From a virus (taxonomy: Duplodnaviria > Caudoviricetes), in the IMG/VR virus record IMGVR_UViG_3300036929_000011, positions 11,535 through 75,534 of that record: 64,000 nt of DNA, one strand, 5' to 3'. The notes below the pieces were generated by a model. That model had not been told where the DNA came from. It made no database searches and was given only the letters and a program-made list of their open reading frames with translations. Positions 8,834-17,767 of this stretch are shown here, in pieces. Made by a program: the position numbers and the translations under genes. How positions within the stretch are numbered: position 1 is the stretch's first letter; every line of letters begins with the position of its first letter.

Positions 8834-9046
8834 CTACGGCTTGACCCGTGCGAGGTCCTTCTTCACGGCCCGCAAAACGGCTGACATGACCTTGACGTTG
8901 GCCGGGCGCACTTCCTCCCGGGCGGTCCGGAGCTCGGTTGCGATCTGGGCCTCGATGGCCTGCTTCCGGTATTGCAGGAGGGTCAGCTTCGATACGGCCG
9001 GGATGGCGGGAACGATGTGGGTGGGCTGGGGCGCGTAGTGTTTCAC
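8834..9046 (-). CDS. hypothetical protein
   Basis: 70-aa ORF, GTGA overlap with the upstream gene. Confidence 0.55.
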   Translation of the reverse strand: MKHYAPQPTHIVPAIPAVSKLTLLQYRKQAIEAQIATELRTAREEVRPANVKVMSAVLRAVKKDLARVKP

Positions 9047-9540
9047 GACGATTCTCCGGTGAGAGGTGGAAGGAGCCGCTGGCCTCCGACCTTGGCTTCC
9101 TGGATTGCCTGGTAGAGCGTCTGGCCACCGTTTCCGACAATGCAGGCCAGAAACTCTTGTTCGAACACCTGGGCTTGTTCCTCGTCGGTATCGGCGAGCT
9201 CCATCTTCATCTCGACCGCTTCGAACTTGGCCTTGATGATCAGCAGCATGCAGCGCCAGCGTCGCCGGTATTCCTGGTCCAGCCAGTCCTCAACCTGCGT
9301 AGGCGTTGGCTTCCTTCCGGGAGCGCGGCCGTCCCTGGCCTTCTCGATAGCCTCCTCTTTCGATGGCAGCGGAAGCTCGAACCTAATTTGGCGCCCGTGC
9401 GCGGAGAACTGAATCGCCGCCTTGCCCGGCATGGTGCCGTAGGTGAAAGCCGCTTCCCTTCCGCAATGGCGTCGAATCGTCTGCTCGATCTCGGCGCGGG
9501 ACTTCTCCTCTGACACCGTCGTACCTCGTGCATAGGTCAT
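9043..9540 (-). CDS. conserved phage hypothetical protein
   Basis: YARGTTVSEEKSRAEIE...RRWRCMLLIIKAKFEAVE pattern is familiar from many phages. Confidence 0.7.
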   Translation of the reverse strand: MTYARGTTVSEEKSRAEIEQTIRRHCGREAAFTYGTMPGKAAIQFSAHGRQIRFELPLPSKEEAIEKARDGRAPGRKPTPTQVEDWLDQEYRRRWRCMLLIIKAKFEAVEMKMELADTDEEQAQVFEQEFLACIVGNGGQTLYQAIQEAKVGGQRLLPPLTGESS

Positions 9541-9956
9541 GGTCTCTCCATTGCAATCTCAAGCACCTTGGCGGCGTAGGGCGTTGGTCGCTGGTCACAT
9601 TTCCGCCGTTTCCCTTGGTAGATACCGAGGGCCGCTACCTCGCTGCCGTCGCATAGGTCGAGCAGCCTTCGCAGGTGGGACGCCGCGAGGTGGGCGTTGA
9701 CGGCCGGCCTCCAGAGACCGCGCTTCTTCCTACCTCGGGCGGCGCTTCCGGTGGGAAGGATTTGCCAGGCCCCGAGCTCGCCCGCCTTGCCCACCTTGCG
9801 TGAGTCGCAGCCGGTCTCTACCCTCGCCACGGCGTCTAGGAGCTGAGGGCGAATGTGGTGCTCGGCGGACTCGCGAAGCACGTGATGGGCAAGCTTCGGG
9901 CAGGCGAGCCCCGGAGGGGAGACAGCGAAGAAGATGGATAGGATGGCGGCGGTCAC
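9537..9956 (-). CDS. lytic transglycosylase (SLT domain) with hydrophobic N-terminus
   Basis: LLDAVARVETG (catalytic Glu), GELGAWQILP, NAHLAASHL, ALGIYQG. Confidence 0.75.
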   Translation of the reverse strand: MTAAILSIFFAVSPPGLACPKLAHHVLRESAEHHIRPQLLDAVARVETGCDSRKVGKAGELGAWQILPTGSAARGRKKRGLWRPAVNAHLAASHLRRLLDLCDGSEVAALGIYQGKRRKCDQRPTPYAAKVLEIAMERP

Positions 9957-10219
9957 GTTACCGTCCACTCAATAGCCAGGGCCACGTAGCCATCCCCCAG
10001 CCCCTCGATCACCTGCGTGATGGTCCCGTGCACCTCGCGCCCCGTGTAGCCCTCGGTTTCGCTCTCCACCTCGGGATCCCACTCGTACATGACGACCAAG
10101 TCCCCCGCCTGGAAGTCCCGGTCGTTCTTGCGCAGGTTGAAGGGCATGAGACCGCGGGCGGTGGGCTCGAAGAACTGGGGCCAGCACTTCAGGTAATGAC
10201 ATTTCGCGCCGTCGTCCAT
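9953..10219 (-). CDS. DUF3850/ASCH-like protein
   Basis: HYLKCWPQFFE...FNLRKNDRDFQAGDLVVMYEW. Confidence 0.8.
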   Translation of the reverse strand: MDDGAKCHYLKCWPQFFEPTARGLMPFNLRKNDRDFQAGDLVVMYEWDPEVESETEGYTGREVHGTITQVIEGLGDGYVALAIEWTVT

Positions 10220-10234
10220 GGTGAGCCTCCGGTC

Positions 10235-10627
10235 CTATTGTTGATCTTTCCCGGCGGTTTTCTTCAGCAAAATGTGCCACGCCGCTTGCGTCTCCTCGAT
10301 GCGGGCGTTCTGCCACTGGCGCAGCTCGGCGCCGGTCATCTCCCGGAACGGCCCGGCCTGGGAATGCAGGTCCCGGTGGGCCTGGGGGCAGAGAGGGATG
10401 CACGTGGAGTCGGGCGCCTTGAGACGCATGCCCGGCCTCTTACCGGCATGGTGAGCCTGGACCACTCCACGACAGCGGTGGGCAGGGGCGCAGCAGCAGA
10501 GCGTCTTCACCCACAGCATGTACTCGGTGTCGTGGGCCTTGCGGGCTCGGCGCTCCGGCGAGACCTGGCGCAACGGGGTCAAGCGGCGCAGGGGCGTGCG
10601 GGTGCGGAGAGGGGTTAGGCGCTTCAC
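10235..10627 (-). CDS. DUF968-like HNH-fold putative nuclease
   Basis: YMLWVKTLCCC...QAHH...KAPDSTCIPLCPQAHRDLH; N-terminal TPLR repeats. Confidence 0.7.
   Translation of the reverse strand: MKRLTPLRTRTPLRRLTPLRQVSPERRARKAHDTEYMLWVKTLCCCAPAHRCRGVVQAHHAGKRPGMRLKAPDSTCIPLCPQAHRDLHSQAGPFREMTGAELRQWQNARIEETQAAWHILLKKTAGKDQQ
10236..10261 (-). promoter_or_regulatory. phage promoter motif copy 2
   Basis: TATTGTTGATC 10236-10246, GTTTT 10257-10261; upstream of GGAGG and ATG 10219. Confidence 0.75.
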
Positions 10628-10824
10628 AACCAGCCTTTCTTCGTTGCCAGCCATTCGGGAATGACCAGCTTGCCCTCTTCTCCGATTTCGCTGTCCTCCA
10701 AGATTTCGGTCTCATCGTCGAGCTGCGAGATGGGAATCCACACTTCCTCGCCGTCTTCGTCCTCGACCAGAATAGCGGCGTCGGTTTTGCGCTTCAGAGT
10801 GACTGGGATGGCGAATGTGCTCAT
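10624..10824 (-). CDS. small acidic hypothetical protein
   Basis: TDAAILVEDEDGEEVWIPISQL; coupled on both sides. Confidence 0.65.
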   Translation of the reverse strand: MSTFAIPVTLKRKTDAAILVEDEDGEEVWIPISQLDDETEILEDSEIGEEGKLVIPEWLATKKGWL

Positions 10825-11006
10825 GGCACCGCCTCGCCTTCAGCAACCGTGTGTCGCCGGCACGCGTAGCAGTACAGCCAGTGTGTCTTCAGGTCTTCCA
10901 GTTGGGGAGCTTTGGTGGGGTCGTCGAGGTCCAGAATAGCGAGTTCGTCCCCTCCACATTCTGGGCACAGCGGCCATCCGTCGCTCCTCCAGCGATAGGG
11001 CTTCAA
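10821..11006 (-). CDS. zinc-ribbon hypothetical protein
   Basis: TTG start overlapping the upstream stop; CPECGG and CYAC motifs. Confidence 0.55.
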   Translation of the reverse strand: MKPYRWRSDGWPLCPECGGDELAILDLDDPTKAPQLEDLKTHWLYCYACRRHTVAEGEAVP

Positions 11007-11356
11007 CGCGCCGCCCTCCTTGCAGGCCCTTCCTTCAGCAGCCGCTCCTCGCTCCGCTTCCGCTGTTCTGCCGTCATGTTGCGGAACTTCCAGTTCCCGA
11101 TGGAGAACTTTTTCGGGATGGGCTCGGTGCCGTCGCGAAGGCCCAGCATGCGGTCTTTCGTGCACTTCGAGCACTCGGGGTCCTGCTTGCACGGGCAAGT
11201 CTGTCTGGCTCGGTAGCGCGCGAGCTTGGCCTGGCACCCTTCGCACCGCGGGTCGAAGGTCTTGGGGATTCCGTAGGCCAAGCCGCCATGACAGGATGTG
11301 CACAAATTGGCCTTCATCCCACGATGGACTCGGCCAGGGTAGGAAAGCTTCGGCAT
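11003..11356 (-). CDS. Cys-rich hypothetical protein
   Basis: CTSC, CEGC, CPC and CSKC motifs; start overlaps the upstream stop. Confidence 0.6.
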   Translation of the reverse strand: MPKLSYPGRVHRGMKANLCTSCHGGLAYGIPKTFDPRCEGCQAKLARYRARQTCPCKQDPECSKCTKDRMLGLRDGTEPIPKKFSIGNWKFRNMTAEQRKRSEERLLKEGPARRAAR

Positions 11357-11607
11357 CACCTGACCTTCCTTTTCGCGTCGGCCATCATGCGGGCGTGCGG
11401 AGGGCAGTAGCAAAGGTCCGGCCCGCCCGAGACCGCGTGCTGGTCACATAGCTTGGCATCGCACGTTTCCTTCTCACCCTTGCGCAGCACCGGGTAGTCG
11501 CACAGCTGCGTGTGGCGGTTGAGACACCCTGGGACCGAGCACTTAGGCTTGTCTCTGGTGCAGACAATCGCCGTCACTCCGCCAATCGTAATTGGGATGC
11601 ACGGCAT
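11356..11607 (-). CDS. Cys-rich hypothetical protein
   Basis: CSVPGC, LCDYP, CDAKLCDQH, YCPPH motifs. Confidence 0.65.
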   Translation of the reverse strand: MPCIPITIGGVTAIVCTRDKPKCSVPGCLNRHTQLCDYPVLRKGEKETCDAKLCDQHAVSGGPDLCYCPPHARMMADAKRKVR

Positions 11608-11609
11608 GG

Positions 11610-13184
11610 CTACGCCGCCTTCCCGCCGTTAGCAAACGAGTAGGCGTCCACAATTTGTAGTGGGCCATCTGAAACGACGGTAGCGAACAACACCCAACCG
11701 CCCTCCAGGCACATCCGCACGAAGGCTGGCTGTTCGGCCGGCGAGATGGCTTCCATTCCGTCGACCGTGAGAATCTTTGCCTTGCCGGCCATGCGCTTGA
11801 CCAGGGCCACCGCGAACTTCAATCGCTCCGAACCGCTCAGCACCGTGAGGTTCTTCTTGTCTAGGTAGACGGCGTCCGGGGTGACCTCCAGGCCAGGGAT
11901 CATGTCGGAATGAGCGGCGAGCTCGGAGGGGGCCTCCTTGGATAGACGCTTGATGATGCGATCCAGCTTCTCCCACTCCTCGTCGACGGTCTTCTGGGTG
12001 GCCTCGGCCGCGAGCAGCTCCTGCTTGGCCGCGCGCCACTTGGCAGCGGCTTCCGCCCGCACCACGACCGCCTCAGCTTCGACCTTGGCGGCCTCGGCTG
12101 CGATGGTCTGCTCCGCGAGAGCCGGCATGTCCTCGTCTCCCGCGATGGCCGCTTCCAGGGTGTTGGCCTGGTTGATAGCGGCGTCCGCCTGGTCGAGCAA
12201 ATCGCAGGCGACCTTCTGGCGATCGCGATAGCCGTCGAGGTCTGTGACAGCCTTTGCCAGACGCAGCTTCGCCTCGTCGAACGCCCTGAGCGCCGCCAGG
12301 TGCTCGCTGTTGAGCGCTGCGAATTCGCCCTCGGTCGGCCTGACCGACTCTGGCCTTCCCATTATCTCCTCGGCGTGGGCCCTCAGCTCTGCCACCTTCG
12401 CCCGCGTTCCTTCGCTCTCGGACACGCGACGGTCCGCCTGCCGCCGCCGATCCAGCAGCACCGCCAGGTCCCGCTCTGCCGCCGCCACGTGGGTGCGGGC
12501 CGCCTCCGGGGTCATGGGCTCGGGATTGTCGACCCGCAGGCCGTGGCCATTGGCCGCCGCCGTCTTCATCACCACCGCGGCCTTGGCCTGGTCCGATGCC
12601 TGGCCGGCCGTCTTGCGCTTCGCCTCGTACATCTCACGCACGCGGGTCAGCACCTCCTGGCCGTGGCCCTCGGTGTTCCACTCCTGCGCGGTCTCGCACC
12701 ACCGGTTGAGGTCTTCGCCGGTCACGGTGACCGGGTTGGCCTCCATGATGAGCTGGCGCAGTTTCTTGGCATCGTTGATGACCTTGTACACCTCCAGGGG
12801 GTCGAGACGTCGGCCCGAGAACATCGCATCGATCTGTTCCTTCGGCCGCGGGATGGGGACGCCGTCCGATCCCAGTAGCTCCAGCTCGCCCTTGCCCTTG
12901 CGCTTGATGGTCCGCTTGAGCTGCATCGCCGTCCGGCGGGCCTGCTCGACCTTCACCATGTCCAGCACCACGCCGCCGTTCGGGGCGTCGAACCGCAGTG
13001 CCTCGGGGCCAATGCCTTCCGCCTCCACCGCGGCGCGAATGCCAAATAGAAAGCTCGACTTGCCGGTAGCTTCCTTGCCCTTGAAGATCGTCCCGCCAGG
13101 GCCGACCTCAACATCGACTTGGTCCCAGCCTCGGAAGTGGTTCAAGCGCAAGCGGGTAATTTGGATCTCGGGTTCGTTCGCCAT
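11610..13184 (-). CDS. SMC/SbcC/Rad50-like ABC ATPase
   Basis: RLRLNHFRG, Walker A GKEATGKSS, long coiled coil, signature LSGSE, Walker B ILTVDG; GAGGAG RBS before 13184 (alternative start 13253). Confidence 0.8.
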   Translation of the reverse strand: MANEPEIQITRLRLNHFRGWDQVDVEVGPGGTIFKGKEATGKSSFLFGIRAAVEAEGIGPEALRFDAPNGGVVLDMVKVEQARRTAMQLKRTIKRKGKGELELLGSDGVPIPRPKEQIDAMFSGRRLDPLEVYKVINDAKKLRQLIMEANPVTVTGEDLNRWCETAQEWNTEGHGQEVLTRVREMYEAKRKTAGQASDQAKAAVVMKTAAANGHGLRVDNPEPMTPEAARTHVAAAERDLAVLLDRRRQADRRVSESEGTRAKVAELRAHAEEIMGRPESVRPTEGEFAALNSEHLAALRAFDEAKLRLAKAVTDLDGYRDRQKVACDLLDQADAAINQANTLEAAIAGDEDMPALAEQTIAAEAAKVEAEAVVVRAEAAAKWRAAKQELLAAEATQKTVDEEWEKLDRIIKRLSKEAPSELAAHSDMIPGLEVTPDAVYLDKKNLTVLSGSERLKFAVALVKRMAGKAKILTVDGMEAISPAEQPAFVRMCLEGGWVLFATVVSDGPLQIVDAYSFANGGKAA

Positions 13185-13252
13185 GGTTCGGGTCTCCTCG
13201 GGTTGAGTCAGGTCCAGTAGTTGGTCGTTCAGGTAAATTCGGACGATGGTCA

Positions 13253-13528
13253 TCAGGCGCTGTTGCCGACGAAGAAGTGGAAGATCAAGGCGCCATCCTG
13301 CAGCTGAACGGTCGACACATAACGGCCCGCTCTTGCCGCTTCGTCTGCTGGGTGCCCGGTTCCATGCATCCAGACTGGGTAGAGCATGTTTTTCGCTTCC
13401 GTTTCCACCATCGCCCACAAACACGGCTCTCCGTACTGGAGTTGCACCGTAAGTGCCTTCGCTCCGACCGGCATCTGCACTTCCTGACGGTCAGCTATCG
13501 TCAGCGGAAACTTCCAGATCGATTTCAT
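13253..13528 (-). CDS. conserved phage hypothetical protein
   Basis: IWKFPL...MPVGAKALTVQLQ.GEPCLWAMV; GGAGG RBS behind promoter copy 3. Confidence 0.7.
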   Translation of the reverse strand: MKSIWKFPLTIADRQEVQMPVGAKALTVQLQYGEPCLWAMVETEAKNMLYPVWMHGTGHPADEAARAGRYVSTVQLQDGALIFHFFVGNSA

Positions 13529-13547
13529 GGTTGGGGTCCTCCAGATC

Positions 13548-13573
13548 TATTGTTGATCGGTCGTCCGCGTTTT
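13548..13573 (-). promoter_or_regulatory. phage promoter motif copy 3
   Basis: TATTGTTGATC 13548-13558, GTTTT 13569-13573; intergenic. Confidence 0.75.
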
Positions 13574-13578
13574 CGGCA

Positions 13579-14625
13579 CTATTTCGGCGGCGCCTTCGTC
13601 CACTTGCACGTGATCTTGGCGTCGCCGAGGCGAATCAGATCCTCGCGCCCGATAGCCTTCAGGATTTCCACGGTAGCCCCCATCCGTCGCGGCTTCGAGA
13701 TGACCGGTCCGTACATCATTGCGTCTACCTCGACCGGACCGTTCTGCATCACGAAGGCGTCGATATTGTTCTCGACCAGGTCTCTGATCTTCTTCGCCTC
13801 ACGCAGGACGCGGTCCGCCCCTTCGAGCCAGCCCAGGGCCTTGACCGTCGTCTCGACCGTAAGGGGCTGGTCGGTGAATTCCGCGAAGGGAGCAGGTAGG
13901 CCGGCCTTGATGGCAACTGCCATGGGAAGCAGATGGGCGTCGCAGTGCATTCGGGACCAGCAGTGGTCGCACTGTTCGCCCACGGCCGCCTCGGGTTGCG
14001 GCCCGTCCACGTCCACCTTGGGAACCGCCCGCACTCTCTCGACCACTTCGCGCAGACGGTCCTCGCGGATGTCCCCCGACTCCTGCGGCGTCACGCCCCA
14101 TGCGTCCCAGCAGCAGAGCACTATCTTGGCCTGCTCGATGGGACGGCTCTGGGCGGTCTCCAGCCAGAAGGCTGCGACGTAAGCCAGCTGTTGCAGATTT
14201 TCGTCGGGCGGCGGGAGGTGACCGGCCCAGAGCTGCCCTCGCTTCTTCCAGTCCACATCCACGAAGCGAGGCTCCGTCCGGTGCAGACACATGAGGTCGG
14301 GGGTACCAGCGGTGAGCACTGCGCCGGTCTCTGGGTCGCGCAGCGTGACCTTCTCCTGCACGAAATACTGCCACTGTTCGACCGGGTAGTTGGCCTCCAG
14401 CCACTCCAGAATCTTGCTGGTCTCGGGAAGCAACTCTTCCTCGGTCGGCAGGTTGTCGGTGTCGCCGACCAGCATGCACGACAGGATGATCGTCACCTGC
14501 TTGTCCACGGCGCTGCCGAAACGGGTGGCGGCGTAGGAGGAGGGGTACTTGGTCGCGAGCCACGGGGCGCGTAGACATTGCTCGGCGAGCTGAAGGGACG
14601 ATGGGCGAACGGGGATTCGTGACAT
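13579..14625 (-). CDS. PD-(D/E)xK exonuclease, Cas4/RecB-like, probable Fe-S cluster
   Basis: RPSSL...C, GTPDL, DVDWKK, QQLAYV, CDHCWSRMHC (1+3 Cys arrangement). Confidence 0.8.
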   Translation of the reverse strand: MSRIPVRPSSLQLAEQCLRAPWLATKYPSSYAATRFGSAVDKQVTIILSCMLVGDTDNLPTEEELLPETSKILEWLEANYPVEQWQYFVQEKVTLRDPETGAVLTAGTPDLMCLHRTEPRFVDVDWKKRGQLWAGHLPPPDENLQQLAYVAAFWLETAQSRPIEQAKIVLCCWDAWGVTPQESGDIREDRLREVVERVRAVPKVDVDGPQPEAAVGEQCDHCWSRMHCDAHLLPMAVAIKAGLPAPFAEFTDQPLTVETTVKALGWLEGADRVLREAKKIRDLVENNIDAFVMQNGPVEVDAMMYGPVISKPRRMGATVEILKAIGREDLIRLGDAKITCKWTKAPPK

Positions 14626-14766
14626 TGACTTACTCCTGTTTGAAAGTGCCGGTCATCTGGCCCACGGCCGGCAATGGTTTCTAGGCTGTCGCGAGGTCGG
14701 CACCTCGGTCGCTTGCGCAATCGACTCCAGCGCTGCCGTGACGGGCTGGCCCCGTGCCAGACTCGT

Positions 14767-15762
14767 TCACCAACCTTGAGGGCAAAGGCCCTTCTCGGCC
14801 TTCTCAATCAGCCACTTGATCTGTTCTGACGTCAGTTCCAGGAACCCACTGACCTTCGCTTCCTCGGCGTCCTCCAAATGTCCGTTGACCCAGCCGAGCT
14901 TGGCTCGCTTGGCCTGCTCTTTCTGCTCGGCCTCGGGAAGGCTTGTGTCCGCGGTCCCAATCTGCGCGGCGATAAGGGCTTGGGTCAGCCTCTGGACTTC
15001 GGTCATGCCGGCCTTGGGCACGGCGGCGGGCTTGGCGCCGGAGGTGCGGGGGGCGTGGGCGCCAGGATGGCCCTGGTCGTCGTCATCCGGCGGGGCGTCC
15101 TCGTCGGTGAAGATGTCAGAGCACGCGGTTGCGTTTCTGACCGCTTTGACGTAGGCGCGCTTCTGTGCAATTGAGATAATCGTGTTGTGGAGATCCATGA
15201 CCTTGTCCGGGCTGATTGCCCCGGTCTGATCGAGAATTTTCTTATCCTCATCCCCGTATTTGGCGCCGCATCCTCCCTTCTTGGCAAAGCACAGCCACCC
15301 CCCGCCGAATTCTTCCTTGCCCTTGATGATCGTCGCCTTGCCGCAAGCTGGGCATAGGCGTGCCGAGGTTTGTACCAGGTACTTCTGTTCCCGGCTATTA
15401 GCAGATCCAATGGCTTCGCCGACTAATTCCCCAGTTACGGAATTAAAAAGTTTGCAGCGTACTTCCCGAAGAATGAAGTCGGGACGCTCGTCTCTCGTTT
15501 CAACAATGTACTCGGGGCGAAGCCTGAACACCTGGCAGAGAACTTCAGCGCCCGGCTGCAAAAGCGCCTTCTTGGGCTTCTTTCCAACCTGAGTCGTCCC
15601 GGGAATCTCTCCGAAGTCGGTGCCCTCCTTCATCACCTTTTGCATCACCTCGACGACGGCCATCCGCATTGCGACCGCGCGATTGACGTCGAGGCCGTAG
15701 TCTGGCCTAACCATGGTCCCTTGCTCTGCCACTACAACTGCCGTCTTGGCTTGGTCACTCAT
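14767..15762 (-). CDS. putative single-strand annealing recombinase
   Basis: GTDFGEIPGT...KKALLQPGAEVLC motif, IAQKRAYVKAV, zinc-ribbon insert CPACG...C; adjacent to the exonuclease. Function inferred from context. Confidence 0.5.
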   Translation of the reverse strand: MSDQAKTAVVVAEQGTMVRPDYGLDVNRAVAMRMAVVEVMQKVMKEGTDFGEIPGTTQVGKKPKKALLQPGAEVLCQVFRLRPEYIVETRDERPDFILREVRCKLFNSVTGELVGEAIGSANSREQKYLVQTSARLCPACGKATIIKGKEEFGGGWLCFAKKGGCGAKYGDEDKKILDQTGAISPDKVMDLHNTIISIAQKRAYVKAVRNATACSDIFTDEDAPPDDDDQGHPGAHAPRTSGAKPAAVPKAGMTEVQRLTQALIAAQIGTADTSLPEAEQKEQAKRAKLGWVNGHLEDAEEAKVSGFLELTSEQIKWLIEKAEKGLCPQGW

Positions 15763-16220
15763 CTGGAATCTCCTTCTCGTTTGATTCTAGCTTTCCGATA
15801 CGCTATCTCAGCATCTTCCTTTCGCACGAAGACGCCGAGGCGTTGCCTGGACCTTCTTCCTCCAATTACAGCGGCCCACTTGCTTCCGCTTCGGAATACA
15901 CCTCTGACACCACTTGTATTGTTCTTCTGGATCCTAGTGTTGAACGCCTGCTGACTCGGGGTAGCCCAGCGACAATTTCCTAGCTCGTAATTACCGCCGT
16001 TATCGATCCGATCAATAGTCTTCCCGGTCGGACGTTCCCCCATATCTTCCAGGAAGTTCTCAAAAGATTTCCAGCGTTCACAAACAGTTATTCCACGAGA
16101 TCCGTACTTCTTGAACATATCCCCCTTGGTCGCTCGTGTGCGCGACAACATAGAGCACCATGTGCGATAGGTTGGAGATTGTCCCCCGCGGTGTGCATGG
16201 TCATGCTTGATTGACCGTTC

Positions 16221-16561
16221 CATGCTTATCCGGTTGACACCCTCTAGGTGTGAAAAAGCTTAGTTTTCGGACGTTGACTCTGCACGTGGGAAACCACCTC
16301 AAAAAGAGAATTGAAATCGCCCGGCGACACCGATCCGTCCGCTTCCAATCGCCCTAATCGCTTGCCTTTACTGGCAGAGCGTTCGGCCGTTCCATCGGTG
16401 TAAAACAGCGTAATAGCTCCACCTTTTGCTAGCTGTTGTGCCTCTGCGACACCTGTCATCATGGCTTCGATCTTTGGCGCTATTGTGTGTATAACCATCG
16501 GAGCAGTTTTCATTGTTCAAGTCCTATCGAATCAGTGGAGCGCGTGAACCGGATAAGCATG
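16221..16561. mobile_element. non-autonomous mini-transposon (MITE-like) with 15-bp TIRs and 8-bp target duplication
   Basis: CATGCTTATCCGGTT 16221-16235 and its exact reverse complement 16547-16561 (21/24 match when extended); flanking direct repeat GACCGTTC 16213-16220 and 16562-16569. Confidence 0.88.
16244..16513 (-). CDS. 89-aa cargo ORF of the mini-element, unknown function
   Basis: Lies wholly between the TIRs; its ATG overlaps the stop of the HNH N-half; no DDE motif recognisable. Confidence 0.55.
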   Translation of the reverse strand: MKTAPMVIHTIAPKIEAMMTGVAEAQQLAKGGAITLFYTDGTAERSASKGKRLGRLEADGSVSPGDFNSLFEVVSHVQSQRPKTKLFHT

Positions 16562-16870
16562 GACCGTTCTCCCACCTGATCACCTCGTAGGCATCCGCAT
16601 GATGCCGATCTCCCACTGCGCAGATGCATGGCGTAAACTATTGAGTTTTCCCCACAAGAACATCGACAAAAATACCGCGACACTCCGGAGGCGTTGCTCG
16701 CGCGCGCTATAACTTTCCACCGACCGAACGTCCTACCGACTAGGCTCCATCTCTTCGCGGCATCGGCCTTTCGGTCAAAGGTCATGTTCTGGTCTCCTCG
16801 GGAAGGTTGCCCGCCGCCCGGCAGTTACGGCAAGGTCCGGGCGGCGGTATCCGCGTTGGTGCGGCTGTCT

Positions 16871-17173
16871 CTATTGTTGATCTTGTGGGGCGGTTTTCTC
16901 CGAAAAAGTTTCGGCTGCTCCGACCACCTGCTCGCCGAGCCACTGGTCGAACATCGCGTCCGTCTGCTCGCCGAACTTGAGGTACGCCTGGTCGGCGTTC
17001 GGGACCTGATGCGCCCGGCAGAATTCCCGCCAGCGCGCGCCGACCCAGCAAATGAACCCCGTCATCAGACCGCCAGGCCAGGACCTGTCGTCCGCCGCCA
17101 TCTGCTCCTCGGGCGTGTGACCTTGGGACCGAGCAAAGAGCCAGTATCGGGGATTCCATTCCCGTGCGCTCAC
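16871..17173 (-). CDS. hypothetical protein
   Basis: GTG 17173 overlaps the upstream stop; WNPRYWLFARSQG...; ends in DQQ* encoded by the promoter motif. Confidence 0.6.
   Translation of the reverse strand: MSAREWNPRYWLFARSQGHTPEEQMAADDRSWPGGLMTGFICWVGARWREFCRAHQVPNADQAYLKFGEQTDAMFDQWLGEQVVGAAETFSEKTAPQDQQ
16872..16897 (-). promoter_or_regulatory. phage promoter motif copy 4
   Basis: TATTGTTGATC 16872-16882, GTTTT 16893-16897; upstream of the HNH-AP2/recombination operon. Confidence 0.75.
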
Positions 17174-17415
17174 GTCGTGGCCTCCAGCAACGCCTTCGCC
17201 CCATCCGGACCCAGGTACGCCACGAGGCTCGCCTTGACGATGTAGATGCGCAGCCCCACCCGCGTGTGCTGAATCGCCCCCTTGGCAATCCAGAGGTTCA
17301 CGCTCTGGCGGTTCACGCCGGCCAGCCGTGCCGTCTCGGCCACTGTGAGATAGCCTTGCGCGCGCATGCGGTCCTCTTGGGCGTGCTGTAGTGGTTTCCG
17401 TACTGTTGACTTCAT
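17170..17415 (-). CDS. excisionase-like (MerR-type HTH) DNA-binding protein
   Basis: YLTVAETARLAGVNRQSVNLWIAKGAI...VGLRIYI. Confidence 0.8.
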   Translation of the reverse strand: MKSTVRKPLQHAQEDRMRAQGYLTVAETARLAGVNRQSVNLWIAKGAIQHTRVGLRIYIVKASLVAYLGPDGAKALLEATT

Positions 17416-17735
17416 GATGGGTTTCCTCCGTGCTCTTGCCAGAACTGCCTGGCCTCCGGCGTCCCTGGCCGGAAGCCAAAAACCTCTTCGACGACAGCTC
17501 CCACGTCGAGCTCGTAGAGCTTGCCATGGGTCTGCATCTCCATCGATAGGACGACCCAAAACGACTGATACTGTCCCTCAATGGCAGCAATGTGCTTACG
17601 GCCGTGGCCGGATACGTCGCGGGAGTCGACCTTGCCGCCACAGAGTCGGCACTGGATACGGTCCCATTCTCGCGTACACCAGCCACGAGCATTGCTCTCC
17701 CCGCGGGCCTCGTGGAAATTGGCGTGCTTCCACAT
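17412..17735 (-). CDS. hypothetical protein with C2H2-like motif
   Basis: CRLC...HGRKH; stop overlaps the HTH start. Confidence 0.5.
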   Translation of the reverse strand: MWKHANFHEARGESNARGWCTREWDRIQCRLCGGKVDSRDVSGHGRKHIAAIEGQYQSFWVVLSMEMQTHGKLYELDVGAVVEEVFGFRPGTPEARQFWQEHGGNPS

Positions 17736-17767
17736 GCCAGCCAGGATTATGAGAGCGAGAGAGTCGT

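Larger units (their letters stand above)
15759..16785 (-). pseudogene. HNH-AP2 homing endonuclease gene split by a 341-bp insertion
   Basis: N-half (GRTFGRWKV...CRCSCG...SCGCL) at 16510..16785 and C-half (YRTW...YGSRGITVCERW...TIDRIDN.GNY...NCRWAT...NTSGVRGV) at 15759..16223; removing the insert plus one TSD restores a 225-aa frame (...QVGERSIKHD...). Confidence 0.85.

Noticed and set aside
13579-14625. CRISPR-Cas adaptation gene (cas4)
   Set aside because: No cas1, cas2 or array; the recombination-module context indicates a phage exonuclease
16244-16513. Transposase
   Set aside because: Only 89 aa with no DDE, HUH or recombinase motif; treated as cargo or a remnant
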